The translations under genes and the position numbers were made by a program. Below are positions 46,761 to 54,899 of a stretch of DNA of 64,000 nucleotides, piece after piece (the first letter of the stretch is position 1; every line of letters begins with the position of its first letter). Under the pieces are notes generated by a model, which saw only the letters and a list, made by a program, of their open reading frames with translations, made no database searches and was not told where the DNA came from. Origin of the DNA: a virus; IMG/VR virus record IMGVR_UViG_3300025122_000005, positions 32,001 to 96,000 of that record; one strand, given 5' to 3'.

Positions 46761-46952
46761 ATGAAATTAATAATGGAAAATTGGAATAGATATTTAAAGG
46801 AGCAGGAAACTCCATTAAATTTATTTGTTCTTGTTGGACCCCCATCTGTCGGCAAATCCAGTTGGATAAACGATACGTTTATTGATAAGGAACCATATAT
46901 TATCAATAGAGAACTGTTACAGAAATTGGCAAACTCAGGGGAGGCTAGATGA
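46761..46952 (+). pseudogene. Truncated MKLIMENW-leader P-loop kinase (PNK-like)
   Basis: LVGPPSVGKS Walker A; the sequence breaks off after YIINR. Confidence 0.65.
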
Positions 46953-47007
46953 AAGAAGAACCACAAATATTCACTAGAAAACAAGAACCAGAACAAGGAG
47001 ATAGATA

Positions 47008-47337
47008 ATGCCAAAATTTTATGGACAAAACAAAAAGAGAATAGACCCAAGATATTTCTTAGAAGAAACAAAATATAGAGACACTCTTGCTTCAAAAAGC
47101 CGCGAGGAGCTTGTGGCAATGGCTGGCGTCATATTGTTAAAAGCTGGTGATGACGGTCCCGTGGTAGCACTTGATAAAGGAATTATTACACGCGAAGAAG
47201 ATGATATGCTTCAACATCTACGTAAAGTATTGGGATTCGGCGTTCAATCACATTCAGATGTAGATCCTGACCGCGCCGAGTTTGGTCCGACTGGACAACA
47301 TGGTCTAGGTCCTGGTTACAAACCAGGACCATCATAA
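47008..47337 (+). CDS. RIDPRYFLEE-leader protein
   Basis: Leader DNA nearly identical to that of 44822. Confidence 0.75.
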   Translation: MPKFYGQNKKRIDPRYFLEETKYRDTLASKSREELVAMAGVILLKAGDDGPVVALDKGIITREEDDMLQHLRKVLGFGVQSHSDVDPDRAEFGPTGQHGLGPGYKPGPS

Positions 47338-47347
47338 GGAGAGCAAC

Positions 47348-47695
47348 GTGAAATTAATAATGGAAATTTGGAATAGGTTTATAAATGAACATGATCAGTC
47401 GTCTTATCGCGATCCATTGGACGACCTCACCGCTGGCGAAGGACCGGAAGGACGTTGGCAGCCTGACCGTATGAAAGGATTCGAACCGTACCAATTGGCA
47501 CATCTTGAAACTATTTTAAGCCAACTTCAACCAGATCTTTTAAAAAGCGCAGCAGAGGGTCACCAAGGTCGAGTTCATTTGCAGCAACACTTGGCACGCG
47601 ATCTGGCTTCCGTCGGGCAAGAAGCATATGAGGCTTTGATGGCAGCAGATTACGAAGGAGCAGAAATTGTTCAGGCATTAATAGATTTAAGTTAA
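47348..47695 (+). CDS. MKLIMEIW-leader protein
   Basis: AAGGAG SD, GTG start. Confidence 0.75.
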   Translation: MKLIMEIWNRFINEHDQSSYRDPLDDLTAGEGPEGRWQPDRMKGFEPYQLAHLETILSQLQPDLLKSAAEGHQGRVHLQQHLARDLASVGQEAYEALMAADYEGAEIVQALIDLS

Positions 47696-47703
47696 GGGGT
47701 TAC

Positions 47704-47749
47704 GGGGGTGTAAAGGTATCGACAGGGTAAGGATAATAATACGTGCAAG
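47704..47749 (+). repeat. Orphan tmRNA 5' fragment
   Basis: GGGGGTG start; 47718-47749 identical to 48980-49011. Confidence 0.85.
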
Positions 47750-47759
47750 AGGGTAAAAG

Positions 47760-48896
47760 ATGAAAACAACAATAAAAGGCGATCAAATACGAGACAATTC
47801 AATTGACGAAAATGATATCGACGAAGACTCGATAAGAGCGTCGGAAATATCATCTGAGGCAATTACAGGACAGGGAGCATATTCCGGCGATGTCGACACT
47901 GTTAATGATAAAATTTTAATTTATGATGATAGTGCCAGTAGTCTTAAAAAGGTTTCTCCTGGAGAGATCTATCAAACAACCTCTCCCTCTATTCGGGTAA
48001 GCAATGGGCAATCAACTGCTGAAAATCGCTGGATTAAGATAGCGAGAACTTCCGTAGCGGGAGATGGTTGGCAAACCAACGTAACAACCTTGTTGGTCAC
48101 AATCACAGCATCGGAATATAGAGATGCCGAATCTTTTGATGGGTCTTTTTTAATTCAAGCAAAGTTTTCCGCGAAAGATTCATCCCCATATTATTACAGT
48201 TTTGGTACGCAAATAACCTGCGAACCATTAAATGCTGATGATATATCTGGATTTGACCCCACTAGTGATCTTGCAATTACGTTACAGGATCAGGATGCGA
48301 ATTTGATGGAAATATGGATTAAAGCTCCAACCCAATACAAGGAAGTCTTCGCAGCTCATGTGGGTGGGACAAATTTGTTAGATTTTTATGCAGTCGACCC
48401 ATCTGCCGTTATACAGACAAGTCAATCATGGTCGACATCGCTAACTAGTTTGGGTACTGAAATATATGGAACATGGGCTTCGAAAGTAACTTCAGGCTTA
48501 ACAGTCATCGGCGACGATCCAAGAATTAAAATCGATGGTATTACAGACAGTCACCCAGGTCTTGAATTTTATGAGAACGGTACCAGAAAGTGGATTATCT
48601 TTAACAACTACGGTGACGACAGTCTTGATTTCAAGACCAACTCCGACACACGAATGGTTATAAATCAAGACGGAACTGTGGGAATCGGAACACAATCACC
48701 CGCAACGGAACTTCATATCAATGGTGCCCTCACATTAAGTGAAAAGTCTTCTGACCCATCTAACCCATCGGAAGGTCAGTCTGTTTTATGGATGTCTGAC
48801 GGTACTGGTACTGGCGATGACGGAGATATTCTAATGAAGATCACGGCCGGCGGAAATACAAAGACTGTTACACTAGTTGATTTTAGCGCATCCTAG
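47760..48896 (+). CDS. Tail-fibre/virion appendage-like protein
   Basis: RMVINQDGTVGIGTQSP..LHI beta-repeat typical of phage tail fibres. Confidence 0.65.
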   Translation: MKTTIKGDQIRDNSIDENDIDEDSIRASEISSEAITGQGAYSGDVDTVNDKILIYDDSASSLKKVSPGEIYQTTSPSIRVSNGQSTAENRWIKIARTSVAGDGWQTNVTTLLVTITASEYRDAESFDGSFLIQAKFSAKDSSPYYYSFGTQITCEPLNADDISGFDPTSDLAITLQDQDANLMEIWIKAPTQYKEVFAAHVGGTNLLDFYAVDPSAVIQTSQSWSTSLTSLGTEIYGTWASKVTSGLTVIGDDPRIKIDGITDSHPGLEFYENGTRKWIIFNNYGDDSLDFKTNSDTRMVINQDGTVGIGTQSPATELHINGALTLSEKSSDPSNPSEGQSVLWMSDGTGTGDDGDILMKITAGGNTKTVTLVDFSAS

Positions 48897-48965
48897 GTCG
48901 TTATCCATCACCAAATTTTCTTATTTTGAATACTACTTATTATTATGCTATAATTAAAAAACTAT

Positions 48966-49419
48966 GGGGGTGACTTGGAATCGACAGGGTAAGGATAATA
49001 ATACGTGCAAGGCTGTGTGAGTAGGCACAGTAAAACTACTCAAAAACATAAACGCCAATAATGACGTTGAAATAGACGATTTCGCGATTGCCGCTTAATC
49101 TTCCCGGGTTTCCGATGACCTGGTTACCAAATATCGGATTTACACATACACACACAAGGAGAAATATTATGAGTAATAAAGAATCAGGATACGGAATTAG
49201 AGCAGATTTGCTCACGCTTGCAAGGGACATTCTCTCTGAGAATTTTCATAGCAGGCTTGAAGCCGCTGATGATAAGTCGTCTGTGGATGGTTTCACCACG
49301 GAAGACGTAGTTCGAGAAGCCGAAAAGCTTTACACTTTTGTTGTAAATCGCTAACCTTGTAAATCGCGTATTATTTGAGATGTTCTGGACGCGGGAGTCG
49401 GAGCCCGCCACCTCCACCA
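48966..49419 (+). ncRNA. ssrA: tmRNA (ssrA), tag ANNDVEIDDFAIAA, with an embedded ORF
   Basis: Acceptor GGGGGTG/CACCTCC with G3-U70 and ACCA end; GGAATCGAC; helix 2 AATAATACGT/GCGTATTATT; PK1 CTGTG/CACAG plus TGAGTAG/CTACTCA; tag ORF 49054-49098. Confidence 0.92.
49169..49354 (+). CDS. 61-aa protein encoded inside the tmRNA
   Basis: CACACACAAGGAGA SD; MSNKESGYGIRADLLTLARD...TTEDVVREAEKLYTFV. Confidence 0.78.
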   Translation: MSNKESGYGIRADLLTLARDILSENFHSRLEAADDKSSVDGFTTEDVVREAEKLYTFVVNR

Positions 49420-49458
49420 ACTTTTCTTTTTTTTCTCTTGTTGAGACCTATTTAAAGT

Positions 49459-50118
49459 ATGAAACTTATAATGGAAAGTTGGCGGCAGTATTTAAATGAA
49501 TCACCGGACAAGACTTATTACTGGCAGACTAGAGGTCCATGGAAAAGCGAAAGTCAAATTGAATTTGGCGTTACCCATGTTCCCAAAGCGCGACCTAGAC
49601 CTCAAACCAGAATTGAACAAATATTCGAGGAAGTTAGAAAAAATCAATTTCCTAGTAGACCATCCCGTTTGAACTGCGTTTATTTGTGTGAGAACCTTAA
49701 AGGTTGGGAAGGGAAAAGCTTCTGTAGTTATCCCCCTCACAGTGATGGTGAAACCTACGAAGTAAAGCTTCGCGGAAACTATAACTTGTTTAAGACAAAT
49801 TCAGAATATTGGACAGAGGCTGAGGTGGCGTACACTCGCAATAAAAGAGAAGATGATGTAGAAAGATGGGCAAAGTCATATTGGGGCGGCGGCGGAATGC
49901 CAACGTTTACAGAAATACTGGTCAGCCCACCCGAATCAGCGATAATCATTAGGAAATATGGAAAACCAGAAGAGGAAGATACAGATATCGACAACGATGG
50001 TGATACTGACATTGAAGATGTTTTAGCAGTTGCTCAAGCTGCTGCCACACAGGGCACAACCGAAGGAGGCAAGTGGAGTAAGTTTTATCCGAGACAAAAG
50101 GTTGACATTTACTTCTAA
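49459..50118 (+). CDS. MKLIMESW-leader protein, DUF2441/ART-like domain
   Basis: EQIFEEVRKNQFPSRPSRLNCVY; C-terminal DIDNDGD motif. Confidence 0.65.
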   Translation: MKLIMESWRQYLNESPDKTYYWQTRGPWKSESQIEFGVTHVPKARPRPQTRIEQIFEEVRKNQFPSRPSRLNCVYLCENLKGWEGKSFCSYPPHSDGETYEVKLRGNYNLFKTNSEYWTEAEVAYTRNKREDDVERWAKSYWGGGGMPTFTEILVSPPESAIIIRKYGKPEEEDTDIDNDGDTDIEDVLAVAQAAATQGTTEGGKWSKFYPRQKVDIYF

Positions 50119-50129
50119 ATGGAGTATAA

Positions 50130-50453
50130 TTGTCTCATTTGAATCCTCGCCAAACAAAGAAGGAGAAGAAAGTGACTAACATGTTTGACCCATACAAGTA
50201 TCCAAACTGTATCGATCTAGACGTAAAGTGCGAACACGAGTTCCTGACAATTCGAGAAAACTATTCACGAACGGATTGGGTTCCAGAGGCGTATCACGGA
50301 CAGAAGGGAAAGGTGATCAAATCAGTATTTCCAAAGGCGTTCATTACGGGATCGGCATCATTCCTCTTAGAATTTGAGAACGAGGAGAGGATGTGGATAT
50401 CAAGCCTATCAGTTCAGGAATACATGTTTCCGTGGGAGAAAAAAAGAAAATGA
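50130..50453 (+). CDS. Hypothetical SH3-like protein (start may be the later MFDPY)
   Basis: GQKGKVI...LLEFE...MWI; stop abuts the tmRNA 3' fragment. Confidence 0.6.
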   Translation: MSHLNPRQTKKEKKVTNMFDPYKYPNCIDLDVKCEHEFLTIRENYSRTDWVPEAYHGQKGKVIKSVFPKAFITGSASFLLEFENEERMWISSLSVQEYMFPWEKKRK

Positions 50454-50455
50454 CT

Positions 50456-50479
50456 CCCGCCACCTCCACCAACTTTTCT
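50456..50479 (+). repeat. Duplicated tmRNA 3' end (24 bp identical to 49404-49427)
   Basis: CCCGCCACCTCCACCAACTTTTCT. Confidence 0.9.
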
Positions 50480-50501
50480 CTTTTTGGAGACTATTTAATA
50501 T

Positions 50502-51131
50502 ATGAAACTCATAATGGAAAATTGGAGAAGCTTTTTAACCGACGGCATCGCAACAGATCCTCGTATCCAAACAGCCATAGATAATCTTTTCGAAATGAGA
50601 AAGTTGGGAATCCACCTACAGCAATTCAATGAGGACGTTACAGTAAAATATATTCACCTCGAAGGAAGGGAGCGGGGATTTATATCTCCGGTTGAAGGAT
50701 ATATTAATATTGAAAAAAGAAAATACTATGCTGGACAATGTTTAGACGGCTGGACAGTAGAAAGGGCATTTGTTGAAAAAGGTTGGGGTCCGCTATTATA
50801 CGAGATCGCGATTGAATGGGCATCCAGAAACGGCGGAGGATTAACTCCTGACAGGCAGTCAGTTTCCGATGATGCAAAAAAGGTTTGGTATAAATATGAA
50901 TCTAGATCGGACATAATAAAAACACAACTTGATGCCCGTAAGGATGACGGATTAAAACAACTGACACCAGATGATCCGTCTGACGATTGCAACCAATATA
51001 TGTCCGTTCAAGATGTATATCCAGATGATTGGACGACTTCTCCATTATCTAAAATGTACAGCAAAAATAATCTAGAAGTAATAACACATTTGTTAATATC
51101 AAAGAAATTAATATTTAATGATAAGAGGTAA
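50502..51131 (+). CDS. MKLIMENW-leader protein, GNAT-like
   Basis: VEKGWGPLLYEIAIEW...VSDDAKKVWYKY. Confidence 0.6.
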   Translation: MKLIMENWRSFLTDGIATDPRIQTAIDNLFEMRKLGIHLQQFNEDVTVKYIHLEGRERGFISPVEGYINIEKRKYYAGQCLDGWTVERAFVEKGWGPLLYEIAIEWASRNGGGLTPDRQSVSDDAKKVWYKYESRSDIIKTQLDARKDDGLKQLTPDDPSDDCNQYMSVQDVYPDDWTTSPLSKMYSKNNLEVITHLLISKKLIFNDKR

Positions 51132-51137
51132 TATATT

Positions 51138-51803
51138 ATGAAACTCATAATGGAAAACTGGCGACATCACTTAAAAGAACAAGGCGATTCTTTTAAATGC
51201 CCTCACGGAATGTTCGTTTCTGTAATGCTGCCACCCACTAAGCGTGAAATTGTTATACTGCCAACTAATAACGAAGGTCCGACTGCTTTTTACAGAAGCA
51301 CCGGATCCGGAACTGCAGGAAGAAATACAGAAGATATGTGGTTACCTATGGGTGGAGTTGGACAACATAATGGCGATCCTTGGATCATAAAACTACCTTC
51401 TAGTCACCCACAAGCGAAAGGCTCTAAATTCCCCAAAGAAGAATCAGAGTTTTGGAAAATTGGAAAGGAACTGGCTCGCTGTTACGAAAGAAACCCGTTC
51501 AAGTCCAAGGATTGGACAGGATATCTTACAAAATTTGAACTCCCTTCCTATGAACAGGTGGAGGAATACGCAGGTATTTTCCGAATTACTTATGGCGCAA
51601 TGATTGTCAACCACTGGTTGAATAGTAAGGGTGCGCTAAAAACAGATTGGCAGTCTGGAGGGATATACGGGTCTGTTAACCATCCGGTATCTGGGGTGGA
51701 AAAAGGCTCTGGATATACCACTGACCTCGCAGGGTTAACTGTAAGAGATATTCACAGTATGGTATGGAAAAATTCGCAAGAACAAGGCACACACAACATA
51801 TGA
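51138..51803 (+). CDS. MKLIMENW-leader protein, unknown domain
   Basis: Leader; AFYRSTGSG...WLPMGG. Confidence 0.75.
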   Translation: MKLIMENWRHHLKEQGDSFKCPHGMFVSVMLPPTKREIVILPTNNEGPTAFYRSTGSGTAGRNTEDMWLPMGGVGQHNGDPWIIKLPSSHPQAKGSKFPKEESEFWKIGKELARCYERNPFKSKDWTGYLTKFELPSYEQVEEYAGIFRITYGAMIVNHWLNSKGALKTDWQSGGIYGSVNHPVSGVEKGSGYTTDLAGLTVRDIHSMVWKNSQEQGTHNI

Positions 51804-52354
51804 AACTAATAATTGAAAATTGGAGGTCCTTTTTGGAAGAAGCAAGAATCCCCTTGCCAAAACTGACACCACCAGACCCTCTCCCCAAACCAATCCCCGG
51901 ACGTCCAGATATGCCTGGCAGAAAACCGTCACACCAAAGCGACCATCCAGAACAAAGTGGCAAGCCAAAGACAGTGAAAATAGACGTTGACCCCGAAAAC
52001 CCAGATATTACAAGGGCACTTGAAATCGCAGATTCTGATTTGCCAGTAAGAAGGTTAAAGGGCGTAGAAGAATTGCTTGACATATTCAAAGAAGTACCTG
52101 AGAATAATCAATTGGCTCTATTTCAAACAGTGGGTTCCGTAATTGAAAAAGTAGAAAGCGACCCCGGAATTATTATATCTCCGAGATTACAATCTAAAAT
52201 AGATGATTTTAAGAGACTGAAAAAAGAAAGAGATGATTTAGAATCTTCTCCAACAGTGGCTCAGTATGCAAATACTCTGGACATGACGGAAACAATAGAA
52301 AATTTAGAATCAATATTGGAATCAATCTTAGGTGGAAAAGATCTTATAAAATAA
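51800..52354 (+). CDS. MKLIIENW-leader protein, Pro-rich linker plus helical domain
   Basis: ATGA overlap at 51800. Confidence 0.75.
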   Translation: MKLIIENWRSFLEEARIPLPKLTPPDPLPKPIPGRPDMPGRKPSHQSDHPEQSGKPKTVKIDVDPENPDITRALEIADSDLPVRRLKGVEELLDIFKEVPENNQLALFQTVGSVIEKVESDPGIIISPRLQSKIDDFKRLKKERDDLESSPTVAQYANTLDMTETIENLESILESILGGKDLIK

Positions 52355-52383
52355 ACTACTTATAATTAAGAGAGGGTCCCTCT

Positions 52384-53799
52384 ATGTCCAAAAAGAAAGT
52401 TCAATTAAGTGATATAAATTGGGGTAATGCACAAACTGGATCTTTAGCCGGTCAAGAAAGTCATTTAGGTCTTAGCAGAGAAGGGATGATCATATTATCA
52501 TCTGTGGGCGGATCTAGCATTACTACACCGGCATCCAGCACAGATAATGCAATAGTTAGATTTAGCGGCACTGGTGGTTCGACTATTCAAGATTCTTCAG
52601 CAACGATAAGTGATGCTGGAATACTTTCTGCGTCCGCAATGACAGTAAGTAGTATTACAGTTGGTGCTTTATCTGGATCTGGTTTGATAAGAGGACACGC
52701 CCTTAGCGGTTCTAGTGTCACTGGGCACCTTGTTTCTGGATCTAGTGCTACATTTCACGAAGCAATAATAACCAGATTAAGTGCAAGTTCAATGCATATC
52801 GGAACAAATGACGCTGGTGCAGATAGACAAATAACTTTTGGAGACACCGGAACAGCAAAGACGGTCATCGGCGTCGATAACAGCTTAAACGAATTTGTTA
52901 TTTATCGTAATAAATCGTTAATTCCAAGCTCGCAGCCATCTGCCGGTCCCGACTTCACTATCCAAAGTAGCGAAGTTAACATAGGTAACGGCAACGCTTT
53001 GAGAATCGGTGGTGAAGCTTCAGCAACAGATGGAACAGATAGAATCATCAGTTTCAATCACGCCACCGCACCAACTTACATGGGCATAGATGACTCTCAG
53101 GATGCTTTTGTAATTTCGATTGGAGGAGCTTTTGCTTCTACAAACGCATTCGAGCTTCACACGTCTGGTGAGATACAACTTGGAAAAGGTAAGCTCCAAG
53201 TAGATGGCACTGGCGGCGGCTATACCAACGGGACTTATGGTGGGACTAACACACTAGGACTTTTCCATGATGCAAGTGATGGTAACAACGGCATAATGAT
53301 AACTAGGGTCGATCACTCAACAAGTGACGGCGATTTGCTGGGAGGCATCGGCTTTGATTCGACGGATTGGAAATCACCGAGTAGTATTTTGGAGGCATCA
53401 GCATTTATTGCAGCATATGCTGCAGAAGCTCATGGTGCTGAAGACAAGGGCGGTGATTTAGTATTTGGCACTTCGATGATTAATGATGACGATGATACTG
53501 CTTCTCATGAATGGATGAGAATAACTCACGAAGGAAGGGTTGGAATTGGTGTCTCTGGTTCTTCTGCGGGTACACCCGATAATAGGTTACATGTGTCTAG
53601 TCCAAATGGAACTGGAAAATCGACTATGAAGCTAGAACAACTAGACCCAGAAGAACCGTTTATTCATTTTTCAGGCAGTACAGCAAGTGACCAAACAAAG
53701 AGTCTTTCGACAGATACGTCCGTTGGAGCGTTGACTGGTCATGTTAGAGTTAGCATTAATGGAACCGATTATTGGATTCCTTATTATGCCGCTAATTAA
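52384..53799 (+). CDS. Tail-fibre-like protein
   Basis: G/S/T-rich; DNAIVRFSGTGG; EWMRITHEGRVGIG; ACTACTTATA upstream. Confidence 0.7.
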   Translation: MSKKKVQLSDINWGNAQTGSLAGQESHLGLSREGMIILSSVGGSSITTPASSTDNAIVRFSGTGGSTIQDSSATISDAGILSASAMTVSSITVGALSGSGLIRGHALSGSSVTGHLVSGSSATFHEAIITRLSASSMHIGTNDAGADRQITFGDTGTAKTVIGVDNSLNEFVIYRNKSLIPSSQPSAGPDFTIQSSEVNIGNGNALRIGGEASATDGTDRIISFNHATAPTYMGIDDSQDAFVISIGGAFASTNAFELHTSGEIQLGKGKLQVDGTGGGYTNGTYGGTNTLGLFHDASDGNNGIMITRVDHSTSDGDLLGGIGFDSTDWKSPSSILEASAFIAAYAAEAHGAEDKGGDLVFGTSMINDDDDTASHEWMRITHEGRVGIGVSGSSAGTPDNRLHVSSPNGTGKSTMKLEQLDPEEPFIHFSGSTASDQTKSLSTDTSVGALTGHVRVSINGTDYWIPYYAAN

Positions 53800-53816
53800 A
53801 TTAGGAGAATATAAAA

Positions 53817-54647
53817 ATGAAAGTATGGATTCACGAAAAAGGACACAAAGGGCAGGAAGTTAGAAGAATACAAAAATCAATCGGAGGTTTAGTTGTAGAC
53901 GGCGATTATGGAAAAAAGACAGTACAGGCAGTAAAAGACTATCAGTCTGATAACTCTTTGTCAGTAGATGGCAGAGTTGGTCCTGAGACTAGAACATCTT
54001 TGGGAATAGAAATTTATCCAGGTATTGATGTTAGCCATCACCAAGGTATGATTGATTGGGACACTGTAAAAACAACAGGGTTAGCGGATTTCTGTTGGGT
54101 AAAAGCGACAGAGGGAAACACTTATCTAGATCCGAAGGCGAAGAGAAACATATCGGAGTGCCGACGAGTGGGTATACCGGTTGGTGCCTATCATTTCGCC
54201 CGGCCGGATCTTCATTTGGACCCTTATAAAGAGGTTAAAAATTTTGCCAAACATTGCCCTACAGATGTGGGAGATTTAAGACCAGTTTTGGATTTTGAAA
54301 GAAATGGAGACCACGATGCCGCGTCTATCCACAATTGGGTAGTTGAGTTTTTAAAAGAAATAGAAAAGGAAACAGGCATACGTCCAGTGATTTATACTGG
54401 AGGGAACATGGTCAAATATGGATTAAATAAGAACACTTCAATTTTAGATACGTATACATTGTGGCACGCTGCTTATAGTAGAAAATCTAGAGTAACCGGA
54501 ATAAAAAAGGATAGATTAGGGTCTTGGAAAGAGTGGAGAGTTTGGCAATGGACAGGGTATGAACAGATTGACGGAGTATCTGGCGATATTGATAGAAATT
54601 GGCTCGTCGGCGGACAATCTGGCTTTGATGAAATTTTAATTAAATAA
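53817..54647 (+). CDS. Endolysin: peptidoglycan-binding domain plus GH25 muramidase
   Basis: VDGDYGKKTVQAVKDYQ..VDGRVGPET; GIDVSHHQG, KATEG, GAYHF, LDFE, WQWT. Confidence 0.92.
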   Translation: MKVWIHEKGHKGQEVRRIQKSIGGLVVDGDYGKKTVQAVKDYQSDNSLSVDGRVGPETRTSLGIEIYPGIDVSHHQGMIDWDTVKTTGLADFCWVKATEGNTYLDPKAKRNISECRRVGIPVGAYHFARPDLHLDPYKEVKNFAKHCPTDVGDLRPVLDFERNGDHDAASIHNWVVEFLKEIEKETGIRPVIYTGGNMVKYGLNKNTSILDTYTLWHAAYSRKSRVTGIKKDRLGSWKEWRVWQWTGYEQIDGVSGDIDRNWLVGGQSGFDEILIK

Positions 54648-54652
54648 AGTTC

Positions 54653-54681
54653 TTGACTTAATTAATTTATGATGGTATTAT
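54653..54681 (+). promoter_or_regulatory. sigma70-type promoter upstream of the tilS/tRNA-Ile2/clpP unit
   Basis: TTGACT-N17-TATTAT. Confidence 0.75.
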
Positions 54682-54700
54682 TACGTTTGAGGTAATAAAA

Positions 54701-54871
54701 ATGTCTAATTACGTAATTACTTTTTATAATAGAGAGAAAAAAGAATGGAGGTCTCAAGATGTTATGAGGCTGACCTTTTCTGAGGCTGTGATGTTTGCAA
54801 ACAAGCAAAGAAATAACATGGGATTTGATTGGGAGATTTCTTGTGTGGCGAAAACAAACAAGGATAAATAA
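54701..54871 (+). CDS. 56-aa hypothetical protein
   Basis: GAGGT SD. Confidence 0.6.
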   Translation: MSNYVITFYNREKKEWRSQDVMRLTFSEAVMFANKQRNNMGFDWEISCVAKTNKDK

Positions 54872-54899
54872 GCTAATTTAATGAGCGGAAGTGTTATAA

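Larger units (their letters stand above)
30047..52364 (+). promoter_or_regulatory. Recurrent putative late-promoter motif (A/C)CTANTTA (30047, 30405, 31966, 34322, 36653, 36853, 39316, 43293, 44791, 48932, 49447, 50490, 52355; also 5015 and 22039)
   Basis: Located about 10-55 bp upstream of virion-type genes, with no -35 element. Confidence 0.7.
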
